A stretch of 16,900 bases of DNA from Clostridium sp. 27_14 (lineage in GTDB: Bacteria; Bacillota; Clostridia; TANB77; CAG-508). Each line of letters opens with the position of its first letter. The first letter of the stretch is position 1. The DNA is taken from NCBI GenBank assembly GCA_001916035.1, contig MNRQ01000021.1:40319-57218 (forward strand). Direction: 5' to 3'. Both the position numbers and the translations under genes were made by a program. Under the pieces are notes generated by a model that saw only the letters and a program-made list of their open reading frames with translations, had not been told where the DNA came from and made no database searches. Below, piece after piece: positions 7,910 through 16,444 of this stretch.

Positions 7910-9091
7910 GTGAAAAATATAATTACTGCAATAAATAATCCAGAATTAAATAATGAAATAAAAAAAGAAAAAAATTTAAAAATAATAAATAAAGATATAA
8001 TATACAAAGAAGGAATAATAGAAATATTAGAAGAAAAAAAAGAAATTAATCTAATAATTATAAATTATGATCTACCAGGAAAAATAGAAATAGAAGATTT
8101 AGTAAATAAAATAAAAAAAATAAATGAAAAAATAGAGTTAATATTTATATTGGAAAAAGAAGATATAGAAAAAGAACAAAAATTAAAAAAATTAAATATA
8201 AAAAATATATATTATAATAATGAAATAAATAAAGAAAAATTAATACAAATAATAAAAAAAGAAAATAAAAATAAAGAAGAGGAATTACAAAAAGAAATAA
8301 GAGAATTAAAAAAAATAATAGAAGAAAATAAAAAAGAAAACAAATCAAGAAAAATAAAAAACAAAATAGAAAAAAAAGTAGAAAATAAGATAGAAAAAAA
8401 TTTGTTAAAAAAAAGAACTAAAAAAACAGAAAAAAAAGATAATAAAATAAAAAATGCAATAATAATAAATGAAAACGAAAAAAAAGAAGGAAGTTTTATA
8501 ATAAAAAAATTAGCCACAAAAGCAATAAAAAAAAATAAAAAAATATTAATAATAAATATAAATTTAGAAAATAAAATAATCCAAGATATATTTAATAAAA
8601 AAAATATAGAAAAGATAATAGATAAAAAAATAAAATATATAGAAAACTCAAAACAAAAAAATATAAATAAAAAAATAGAAAATGCATTATTTGTAAAAAT
8701 AAACGAAAATATAAAATTGATAACAGGACTAAAATATTATAAAAATAAAAACGAAGAATATTACATAAATAAAATAATAAATATAATACAAAAAAATTCA
8801 AAAAAATATTATTTAATTATAATATATTTTTTAAATAAAAAAGAAAATGTAGAACTAAAAAAAGAATTAAATAAAAAAATAGAAAAAAATATATTTATTA
8901 TATCAAATAATTATATAGAAATAAAAGAATTAAAAAAAGAACTAAGAAAATATAATTTTTTAGAAAACAAAAATACATATATATTTTTAAAAAAAGAAAA
9001 TAATAACAAAAATAACACAATTAATAGTTCTATAATTAAAAATATATTTAAAAAAGAAAAAATAACAACAAAATTAAAAATAATTAAGTAA
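7910..9091 (+). CDS. Lys-rich protein with a pseudo-receiver-like N-domain, a coiled-coil-like K/E-rich linker and a degenerate ParA/MinD-like (CpaE/TadZ-like) C-domain
   Basis: The N-terminus KNIITAINNPELN..INLIIINYDLPGKIEIEDLV..IELIFIL resembles a CheY-like fold, with Asn at the acceptor position (N-Y-D-L-P) and no DD pair. The C-terminal half has the beta-strand rhythm of ParA/MinD (KKILIININ, YYLIIIYF, NIFIISNN). No GK[ST] P-loop occurs anywhere in the 393 aa. GTG start; the coding call is sound but the function is tentative. Confidence 0.55.
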   Translation: MKNIITAINNPELNNEIKKEKNLKIINKDIIYKEGIIEILEEKKEINLIIINYDLPGKIEIEDLVNKIKKINEKIELIFILEKEDIEKEQKLKKLNIKNIYYNNEINKEKLIQIIKKENKNKEEELQKEIRELKKIIEENKKENKSRKIKNKIEKKVENKIEKNLLKKRTKKTEKKDNKIKNAIIINENEKKEGSFIIKKLATKAIKKNKKILIININLENKIIQDIFNKKNIEKIIDKKIKYIENSKQKNINKKIENALFVKINENIKLITGLKYYKNKNEEYYINKIINIIQKNSKKYYLIIIYFLNKKENVELKKELNKKIEKNIFIISNNYIEIKELKKELRKYNFLENKNTYIFLKKENNNKNNTINSSIIKNIFKKEKITTKLKIIK

Positions 9092-9192
9092 AAAAGATAA
9101 TTTATTATTTTTTCTATTAAAAAAATGTAATAAAAATAAATAATAATAAATTAATAGTAAAAAAATAAAAAACAGAAAGAAAAGAGGTTTAT

Positions 9193-9909
9193 ATGGAATT
9201 AGAAACAAATAATAAAATAGAAATAAAAAATGATTTATTAAACGAAAAAGATCAAAAAAATTTCTTAGAAACTACTCTAGGAAAAACAATAAATACAGCA
9301 ATTGATATAGGAATAAGGGCAATATTACCAGATTTTATAGATGATCAAGTTATAAATATAAAAAACAATTTATTAAAAAATGGACTAAAAGAAGGAATAA
9401 GTAAAACAATTGATGATACGATTGAAATTGGAAAAAGTACAATAGGAATTGTAACAGGAAATTTTGAAAATATAAATCAAATGCAAACAGCAGTAAAAAC
9501 AGGAGGAATAATTGATGGAATATCCACATTACTAGATAGTGTTATTAATAAAGTACAAAGTAAAGGACTTATAGATTACAATATAGCTAAAACAATAAAA
9601 GATGGAAAAAATATTATATTAAATAATGTAGAAAGCAATATAGAAAAAACATTTACAGATCAAATAAAATCTTCGGAATATACAAACAAATATATAAGCA
9701 ATTGGAAAAACTATTATGAAGAAAAAAATTTCGAAGGAATGGATAGAGAATATAAAAAAATAAAAAAAGAACTTAAAAATTTAATACCAATTGAAAAAAC
9801 AATAAATGAAGCAAGAACAATTGAAAACATACATACTCTTATAAAAAATAATGGACAAAACTTTGATTTACCAAAAGAGGTTTTTGAATTAGCAGAAAAA
9901 TTAAAATAA
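9193..9909 (+). CDS. Hypothetical protein (238 aa, soluble, no recognised catalytic motif)
   Basis: It has a good RBS (aaagagg, 5 nt, ATG). Composition is more normal than in neighbouring genes (G, T, D, I rich: TLGKTINTAIDIGIRAILPDFIDDQVINIK..GKSTIGIVTGNFENINQMQTAVKTGGIIDGI). It has no TM segment or signal peptide. It is the last gene of the + strand module. Confidence 0.7.
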   Translation: MELETNNKIEIKNDLLNEKDQKNFLETTLGKTINTAIDIGIRAILPDFIDDQVINIKNNLLKNGLKEGISKTIDDTIEIGKSTIGIVTGNFENINQMQTAVKTGGIIDGISTLLDSVINKVQSKGLIDYNIAKTIKDGKNIILNNVESNIEKTFTDQIKSSEYTNKYISNWKNYYEEKNFEGMDREYKKIKKELKNLIPIEKTINEARTIENIHTLIKNNGQNFDLPKEVFELAEKLK

Positions 9910-9994
9910 AAAATATAAAAAATATAAAAAATTATTAAAATAATAAATAAAAGTTAAAGATATGTTAGAAGTAATAAAATTAGTTTACCCAAAA

Positions 9995-10034
9995 AAAGTA
10001 CTAGTTAGTAATTAATAAATTAGTACTTTACTTT
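9995..10034 (+). terminator. Weak candidate terminator after the 238-aa ORF
   Basis: A 9-bp stem pairs aaagtacta (9995-10003) with tagtacttt (10021-10029) around a 17-nt loop. It is followed by acTTTT. The stem is AT-rich and the U tract is short. Confidence 0.3.
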
Positions 10035-10103
10035 TAACTAAAAAATCTAATACAAAATATAATAAAAATGTTAGGGAATAAAGAAATTTAAATTGAAAAT
10101 TGC

Positions 10104-10132
10104 TTGCAAAATTCCATTTGTTTTAGTATAAT
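10104..10132 (+). promoter_or_regulatory. Dedicated gyrA promoter
   Basis: TTGCAA (10104-10109), a 17-nt spacer, then TATAAT (10127-10132). This implies a ~175-nt leader before ATG 10315. Confidence 0.65.
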
Positions 10133-10314
10133 ACACATATAGGAAACTAAGCAAAATAGGGAAAAGTTGAAAGATAATTATATCTTTGATACAAAAATTA
10201 TTAACAAAACATAATAGAAAAAATTATAAAAACAAAATTTCTATATAATAAAACTTAAAAGAAATAATTATTTTTTAACTAGATTTAAACCTTAAGGAAG
10301 GAATGAGATAAAAC

Positions 10315-12768
10315 ATGGAAGAAAGACAAGAAAGACGAGACGGAAAAATCATAGAAAGAGACATTGAAAAAGAAATGAGAACAGCCTATATCGACTATGC
10401 CATGAGCGTTATTGTATCACGTGCATTACCAGATGTAAGAGATGGGTTAAAACCAGTACATAGAAGAATCCTATATTCTATGCACGAAGATGGAATTACA
10501 GCAGATAAAGCATACCGTAAATGTGCCAATACAGTAGGATCCGTATTAGGAAGATACCATCCACACGGGGATAGTTCAGTATATGACGCAATGGTTAGAC
10601 TAGCACAAGATTTCACAATGAGATATCCATTAATAGATGGACATGGAAACTTCGGATCTGTAGATGGTGATGGAGCAGCAGCCATGAGGTACACAGAAGC
10701 AAGAATGGCAAAAATATCAGAATATATGTTAACAGATATTGAAAAAAATACAGTAGACTTTATGCCAAACTATGATGACAGATTACAAGAACCAACAGTA
10801 TTACCAGCAAGAATACCAGAATTATTAGTAAATGGATCATCAGGAATAGCCGTAGGTATGGCAACAAATATACCACCACATAATTTAAAAGAAGTAATAG
10901 ATGGAATTATAAAAATAATAGATGATGACAATGTAACAGACGAAGATCTAATGCAAATTATAAAAGGACCAGACTTTCCAACTGGAGCAACAATCATGGG
11001 AACAGAAGGAATAAGACAAGCATACAAAACAGGAAGAGGAAAAGTCCTAATGAGAGCAGAAGCAGAAATAGAAGAAATGAGTGGAAATAGACAAAAAATA
11101 ATAGTAACATCATTACCATATCAAGTAAACAAAGCAAAATTAGTAAAAACAATATCAGACTTAACAAAAGAGAAAAAAATAGAAGGTATATCAGAAGTAA
11201 GAGATGAATCAGACAGAAAAGAAAAAACAAGAGTAGTAATAGAACTAAAAAGAGACGCAAATGCACAAGTAGTATTAAATCAATTATATAAACATACACA
11301 AATGCAAGAAACATTTGGAATAATAATGTTAGCATTAGTAAATGGAGTTCCAAAAATATTAACATTAAGACAAATATTAGATTGCTATATAGAACATAGA
11401 AAAGAAGTAATATTAAGAAGGACACAATTTGATTTAGACAAAGCATTAGCAAGAGCACACATTTTAGAAGGATTAAAAATAGCACTAGACAATATAGATG
11501 AAGTTATAGAAATAATACGTTCATCTTATGATGATGCCAAAGAAAGATTAATGAAAAGATTTGGTTTATCAGATATACAAGCACAATCAATTCTAGATAT
11601 GAGATTAAAAACACTATCAGGATTACAAAGAGAAAAAATTGAAAATGAATATAACGAATTAATGCAACTAATAGCACATTTAAGAGACATTTTAGCAAGT
11701 GAAAAATTAGTGTTTGATATAATAAAAGAAGAACTAATAGAAATAAAAACAAAATTCGGAGACGATAGACTAACAAAAATAATACCTGCAGAAGGAGAAT
11801 TTTTAGTTGAAGACTTAATAAAAGAAGAACAAACAGTTATAGCACTAACACATTTTGGATATATAAAAAGAATGCCAATAGATACATATAAGAGTCAAAA
11901 ACGTGGAGGAAAAGGAATAACAGGAATAGCAACAAGAGCTGAAGATTTTGTAAAGAAAATATTTATAGCATCAACACATGATACAATATTATTCTTCTCA
12001 AATAAAGGAAAGCTATATAAACTAAGAGGATATGAAATACCAGAAGCAGGAAGAACAGCAAAAGGAACAGCAATAGTAAATCTATTAAGTTTAGACCCAG
12101 GAGAAAAAATATCAGCAGTAATACCAATACAAAACTTCGCAGAAGGCAAATATCTATTAATGGGAACAAAAAGAGGATTGATAAAAAAGACAGCATTAAC
12201 AGAATATAATTCAAGCAAAAAAACAGGACTACAAGGAATAACATTAAAAGAAGACGATGAATTAATAGCTGTAAGATTAACAGATGGAGAAGACAATGTA
12301 GTACTAGTTACAAGAAATGGGTTATGTATAACATTTGATGAAAAAGATGTACGTCCTATTGGAAGAACATCACAAGGAGTTCTAGGAATTAGAGTAGAAA
12401 GTGATGATGAAGTAATAGGAATGGAATCAATAATAAGAGGAGGAAAAGCAACATTGCTTGCAATAACTGAAAACGGATTCGGAAAACGTACAGAATTAGA
12501 CGAATACAGAGTACAGCTAAGAGGAGGAAAAGGTGTAGTAACATACAAAATTACTCCAAAAACAGGAAAAATAGTAGGCGTAAGAATAGCAAATGATGAT
12601 GAAGATGTAATGCTAATTACAGATACAGGAACAATAATAAGAATAAAAGTTAAAGACATTAGTGTATTAGGAAGAGCAACACAGGGAGTTACATTAATGA
12701 GAACATCAGATGGAGGAAAAGTTGTAAGTATAGAGACATTAACACCAGAAATGCAAGAAGAAGAATAA
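10315..12768 (+). CDS. gyrA: DNA gyrase subunit A
   Basis: The QRDR HPHGDSSVYDAMVRLAQDF, the catalytic Tyr in AAAMRYTEARM, the GyrA-box QKRGGKGITG and beta-pinwheel repeats are all present. RBS is aaggaagg. Length is 817 aa. Confidence 0.98.
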   Translation: MEERQERRDGKIIERDIEKEMRTAYIDYAMSVIVSRALPDVRDGLKPVHRRILYSMHEDGITADKAYRKCANTVGSVLGRYHPHGDSSVYDAMVRLAQDFTMRYPLIDGHGNFGSVDGDGAAAMRYTEARMAKISEYMLTDIEKNTVDFMPNYDDRLQEPTVLPARIPELLVNGSSGIAVGMATNIPPHNLKEVIDGIIKIIDDDNVTDEDLMQIIKGPDFPTGATIMGTEGIRQAYKTGRGKVLMRAEAEIEEMSGNRQKIIVTSLPYQVNKAKLVKTISDLTKEKKIEGISEVRDESDRKEKTRVVIELKRDANAQVVLNQLYKHTQMQETFGIIMLALVNGVPKILTLRQILDCYIEHRKEVILRRTQFDLDKALARAHILEGLKIALDNIDEVIEIIRSSYDDAKERLMKRFGLSDIQAQSILDMRLKTLSGLQREKIENEYNELMQLIAHLRDILASEKLVFDIIKEELIEIKTKFGDDRLTKIIPAEGEFLVEDLIKEEQTVIALTHFGYIKRMPIDTYKSQKRGGKGITGIATRAEDFVKKIFIASTHDTILFFSNKGKLYKLRGYEIPEAGRTAKGTAIVNLLSLDPGEKISAVIPIQNFAEGKYLLMGTKRGLIKKTALTEYNSSKKTGLQGITLKEDDELIAVRLTDGEDNVVLVTRNGLCITFDEKDVRPIGRTSQGVLGIRVESDDEVIGMESIIRGGKATLLAITENGFGKRTELDEYRVQLRGGKGVVTYKITPKTGKIVGVRIANDDEDVMLITDTGTIIRIKVKDISVLGRATQGVTLMRTSDGGKVVSIETLTPEMQEEE

Positions 12769-12847
12769 AAAAAGTGCTTAGTTACAAAGTAAATTTTATA
12801 TTAAGAAAAACAAGCATTTATATGCAACAAAAAAGTTTATAAAAATA

Positions 12848-12889
12848 AAGTATAATAATAAAGTTATGTATAACTTTATTATTATACTT
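12848..12889. repeat. Perfect 20-bp-arm palindrome in the convergent gyrA/dnaI spacer
   Basis: aagtataataataaagttat (12848-12867), gt, then ataactttattattatactt (12870-12889). The arms are exact reverse complements. Confidence 0.8.
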
Positions 12890-12899
12890 ATATAACAAA

Positions 12900-12935
12900 A
12901 ACAAAACATTAAATTAATAATGCTTTGTTTTTTTG
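12900..12935. terminator. Bidirectional rho-independent terminator between gyrA (+) and the dnaD/dnaI operon (-)
   Basis: The stem pairs aacaaaacatta (12900-12911) with taatgctttgtt (12918-12929), with one mismatch. It is flanked by an A run upstream and a T run downstream, so a U tract follows the hairpin on both strands. Confidence 0.6.
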
Positions 12936-12985
12936 TGGTATTCTCATAAATATTTAGTTAGTACCTTTTTCATAAACATGATAAA

Positions 12986-14000
12986 TTATCTATTTTTTAA
13001 TCTTAAATCTTCACCAAAGAAATAATAAATATCATAATAACCAGCAATCCTAGAACCAATTCTATCTTGATAAATAGAAAAAATATCATTCATATTCAAA
13101 TTAGTAGAAATAATAGTTTTCGTAATATGATTATTAAGATTCAAAATACGAGTATTAATAATAGTAAAAAGTTCACTTAATTTTAAAGAATTAATAGACT
13201 CAGTACCTAAATCATCAATTATCAATAAATCAGACTCAAGAACAGATTGTAATACATCATCTTTAGAATTTTTAGACTTACCAAATTTAAAATCTATTAC
13301 GCTTTCAAGCAATACAGGAGCAGTTTGATATAAAACAGTCTTCCCTTTTTTTATTAATTCAGAAGCAATACAGTTCGACATAAAAGTTTTACCGTAAACC
13401 AGTAGCACCTGTAAACAAAAGATTTTTTGAATCAGAATTATCAAAATTTTTAATAAATTCAATTGACTTGTTTTTTATATTTTGAATGTTTTTTCTAGGT
13501 GAAATATTAAACTTATATTTTGATAAATCAACTTCATCAGAAAAAAATGAATCATTAAAATTTTCAAAATTTTCTTTTTTTAAATTATACATATTAGATT
13601 TATTAAAAGAAATATTTAAAAGTTTCTGCTTTAAACAAGAACACATAGAAGTCTTAAAATTTTCATCAGTAACAAACCCAGTATCATTGCAAAGTTTACA
13701 TTCATAAAAAGGCTCAAAATAATCTTTAGAATAACCATTTTTTATCAAAATAAATTCTTTTTCATCTTTTAAATCCTTAATTTTTTTGTTCAAATCATTC
13801 AAATAAAAATCTTTTTTTTCAGGGGAAAACAAAATACTTTTAGCACTCTGAATTCCCAAAGAATTAAGTTCTGTATCAATTTCTAATAATCGAGGAATAA
13901 GTTTATAAATAAGATCTTTTCTTCTTTCCAAATCCAATTCAGCATTTAATTTTTTACGTTCATAATCTCTCAAAAGAGAATTTAAAATATCATTTGTCAT
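12986..14000 (-). pseudogene. dnaI: DnaI/DnaC-type replicative helicase loader (AAA+), reading frame broken inside the Walker A motif
   Basis: ORF 13389-14000 carries a Cys cluster (CKLCNDTGF..CSC) like the DnaI N-terminal Zn domain and ends ..NLLFTGATGLR*. ORF 12986-13462 continues in the +1 frame with ..VYGKTFMSNCIASELIKKGKTVLY, Walker B LLIIDDLGTE and sensor ISTNL. Minus-strand DNA reads ggt gct act ggt tta cgg taa aac ttt. Removing one T gives GATGYGKT, and skipping the C gives GATGLGKT; both are intact GxxGxGKT. Confidence 0.75.
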
Positions 14001-14982
14001 CTATATCTCCTTTTTGCATACCAATATTTGCATATAAAAAATCTAAATTATTATATTCACGTTGTTCATGATTAGCTTTAGTAACTTTAGCCTTTAAATC
14101 TTTAGTATCTCTAATTTGTTTTTTACGTTGTTCCAAAAAAGCCTCTATCTCATCAGGAGATTTCAAGTTTCTATCATGCCAATCAGTTATAATATTATTA
14201 ATATAATCAAAAGTAGGATTTTGTTTTGAAGTTGTTTTCTTTAAAGCAATTTCAATAATATTCATATCATATCCAAAATCTAACACCCAATTCTCTATAT
14301 AGGCTTCTTCATATTGTGTTAAACCAGAATGTTTTCCAAGTTTTTTAGCGATATCACGTTTTATTGAATTTAATTTTTCACGTTTTTGATAATATACATC
14401 TAAATCAGTCCAAGTATGAATTTTACTACTACCCCAAGCCTCTGCAACAGTTTGAACATAATTTTTATGTAATGCAGAACGATTATAACAATAATCAAAA
14501 AGAGCAATCATAACTTGATCATCAAAATTATACTTAGAAAACCATAAATCTATATCATTATACCATGAAGGTCCCATAATTCCTTGAAAATACATATTAT
14601 TAATATGATCAATAGCTTTAGCACGTTGTTTATTTTTTGAAGTTTTTTCAATGGTTTCCTTAGAAGGAGTTAAATTAGGTTTATACAATTTATTAAGAGT
14701 AGATTCCTGCAAATCAACAATAACAAAACCAGAATTTTTTTTTACAATAAGCTCTTGCTTTTCTAAAAATTTAACCCCATCAGTAATAGTCTTAATTGGA
14801 AGATTAAGTTTTTTAGACAAATCATTTATCTTAATATCTTTTCCATATTTAGATAAAAAAATCATATACATATAAATTTTTAAAAAATCCCCTGGAATTT
14901 GAGATAAATGTTCAGCAAAAAAAATATCTGGAATCATTGTTTCAGAAAACAATAAAGCCTTTTCTTTTTGTTCTAATTTCAT
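13990..14982 (-). CDS. DnaD-domain replication initiation/membrane attachment protein (B. subtilis DnaB/DnaD family)
   Basis: It has a winged-helix-like N-terminus (FLKIYMYMIFLSKYGKDIKINDLSKKLNLPIKTITDGVKFLEKQELI). Two DnaD/DnaB_2-type C-terminal repeats are present (..YVQTVAEAWGSSKIHTWTDL.. and ..FDYINNIITDWHDRNLKSPDEIEAFL). RBS is agagggga, 7 nt, ATG. Its TGA stop overlaps the dnaI-like ATG by 11 nt, indicating translational coupling. Confidence 0.8.
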   Translation of the reverse strand: MKLEQKEKALLFSETMIPDIFFAEHLSQIPGDFLKIYMYMIFLSKYGKDIKINDLSKKLNLPIKTITDGVKFLEKQELIVKKNSGFVIVDLQESTLNKLYKPNLTPSKETIEKTSKNKQRAKAIDHINNMYFQGIMGPSWYNDIDLWFSKYNFDDQVMIALFDYCYNRSALHKNYVQTVAEAWGSSKIHTWTDLDVYYQKREKLNSIKRDIAKKLGKHSGLTQYEEAYIENWVLDFGYDMNIIEIALKKTTSKQNPTFDYINNIITDWHDRNLKSPDEIEAFLEQRKKQIRDTKDLKAKVTKANHEQREYNNLDFLYANIGMQKGDIDDK

Positions 14983-14991
14983 AATGAATCC

Positions 14992-15054
14992 CCTCTTTCA
15001 TATGTTGTGAATAGATTATATCCTTTTTATATAAAAAATTCAATATGAAAGAGG
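14992..15054 (-). promoter_or_regulatory. 12-bp inverted repeat able to sequester the dnaD-like RBS on read-through RNA
   Basis: cctctttcatat (14992-15003) and atatgaaagagg (15043-15054) are exact reverse complements, 39 nt apart. On the - strand RNA the downstream arm AUAUGAAAGAGG contains the Shine-Dalgarno of the 14982 start. Confidence 0.5.
15015..15043 (-). promoter_or_regulatory. Canonical promoter for dnaD-like/dnaI-like, located inside the loop of the inverted repeat
   Basis: The minus strand reads TTGAAT (15043-15038), a 17-nt spacer, then TATAAT (15020-15015). The predicted start near 15008 lies downstream of the anti-SD arm. Confidence 0.6.
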
Positions 15055-15097
15055 TAAAATTAAAAAAAATTTAAAAAAATCAATTTAAAATACAATA

Positions 15098-15418
15098 TTA
15101 TAATTTTTTATTATAATTCGAAAAATATCTAAAATAATTTTTTGAGTACAAATACAATTTTTGTTTAAAAATAAAAGAAATTAAATATCTTAAAACATAA
15201 ATAAAATTTTCACCATTAAGACCAACAAAACTAATTAATAAAAAAGGAAAGCATAATATTATAAATAAGAAAATTTTGAAATGAAGACTTTTAAAAAATA
15301 AATTAATAATTAAAAAAATTATACTATCCCAAATTATGTTCAAAAAAATAGTAGGATAATCTATAAAACCCAAAAATTTATTTTTAAAATTATAATTTTT
15401 TGGAAAAATAAAATTCAT
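15098..15418 (-). CDS. Small two-TM membrane protein, PrgI/VirB3-like T4SS component
   Basis: The protein is 106 aa. It begins FPKNYNFKNKFLGFIDYPTIF, followed by two hydrophobic helices and a basic tail (FIFKQKLYLY). That is the layout of PrgI-family proteins, which normally sit immediately upstream of VirB4. RBS is gaggag, 5 nt, ATG. Confidence 0.55.
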   Translation of the reverse strand: MNFIFPKNYNFKNKFLGFIDYPTIFLNIIWDSIIFLIINLFFKSLHFKIFLFIILCFPFLLISFVGLNGENFIYVLRYLISFIFKQKLYLYSKNYFRYFSNYNKKL

Positions 15419-15476
15419 AACATCTCCTCTCTAAAAATAAAATAAAAAATAATAATAATAAAATAAATAATAAGAA

Positions 15477-16352
15477 TCATCTTTTAAAAGACATAAAGTT
15501 ATTAACACCCTGTGAAATATTTGTGGAAACGCCACCAACAAAATCGCGAACAAAAGAATTTACTTGCAATAATGCATAAATTCCACCAATATAAATAAAT
15601 TTAGTAAATAAATTAGCAGAATCATATTTCATAGAAAATAAAATCAACAAAACAAAAGAAACAATTATTTGAATAAATAAAAGAGAAAACAAATTTCTAG
15701 ACCAAGCCTTAAAAAACCAAGATAAAGAAGAAGACGCTTTAGATAAAATAGCAAATGGAGCTATTAGAATAAATATTTTAATTAAAATATATCGTAAAGA
15801 ATAAGAAAAAACTAAACCAAGTAAAGAGATTGACATAGTAGTCTTTAATAAACCATCAAGGGAAAAAATATTTAGTGAAGAATTATCAATAGAAACACTA
15901 TTATTAATAATAGAAATTAATTCAGAAAAACATATAGATTTTCCAAAAAGTTGATTTCCAAGATCTCTTATTGCCAAAGTAATATAAGAATTAATATTTA
16001 AAATTTGTTCCAATAAAAAATAAGAAAAATTCATACATAATCCATAAATAATTAATTTAAAAATAAAAGAAAAAGGTTTTTCAGATTCCATATATGTAAT
16101 ATGAGAAATAAAATATTTAATTGCAAAATATAATAAAATAGCAAGTAATAAAGAATTTGCAATTAATAAAATTCCATTTGAAGTAGAAGTACCAAAAATT
16201 TTCGAAAAATAATTATCATGCAAAATATCAGAACTTACAAAAGTTAAATCATCTAATATGCCATATAAACGATTATCAATAGAACTTAATAAAGTTTCAA
16301 AAATATAATTAATAGTATTTAATATAGTTTGGGTAACATTTGATTGTTCCAA
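15477..16352 (-). CDS. Polytopic membrane protein, VirB6/TrbL-like T4SS channel component
   Basis: It has about 6 predicted TM segments and lies between the VirB2-like and PrgI-like genes, as in Tn1549/CTn-type Firmicutes elements. The track ORF extends to 16397 (TTG). The preferred start is TTG 16352, which lies 5 nt after a strong SD AAGGAGG (16364-16358). ATG 16370 is an alternative. Confidence 0.6.
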   Translation of the reverse strand: MEQSNVTQTILNTINYIFETLLSSIDNRLYGILDDLTFVSSDILHDNYFSKIFGTSTSNGILLIANSLLLAILLYFAIKYFISHITYMESEKPFSFIFKLIIYGLCMNFSYFLLEQILNINSYITLAIRDLGNQLFGKSICFSELISIINNSVSIDNSSLNIFSLDGLLKTTMSISLLGLVFSYSLRYILIKIFILIAPFAILSKASSSLSWFFKAWSRNLFSLLFIQIIVSFVLLILFSMKYDSANLFTKFIYIGGIYALLQVNSFVRDFVGGVSTNISQGVNNFMSFKR

Positions 16353-16444
16353 AACAACCTCCTTTCTCATGTAAAAAAATTCATAAAAAACGAACAATAA
16401 AAGTAGACATAAACAAAATTAACATAAAGTAAAGTAAACATAAA

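Noticed and set aside
4500-9960. Direct repeats or att sites flanking the gyrB-gyrA insert (similar strings such as tattaaaataaat at ~4527 and ~9932)
   Set aside because: The matches are short and purely A/T low-complexity. They cannot be distinguished from chance by eye. No integrase or tRNA target is present.
10395-12659. Antisense ORFs inside gyrA (99, 85, 163, 90, 254 and 93 aa)
   Set aside because: These are shadow ORFs opposite a full-length, motif-complete gyrA. The purine-rich sense strand suppresses stops on the antisense strand.
13486-14875. Plus-strand ORFs of 73 and 74 aa inside the dnaI-like and dnaD-like genes
   Set aside because: They are antisense to motif-bearing genes and have no RBS.
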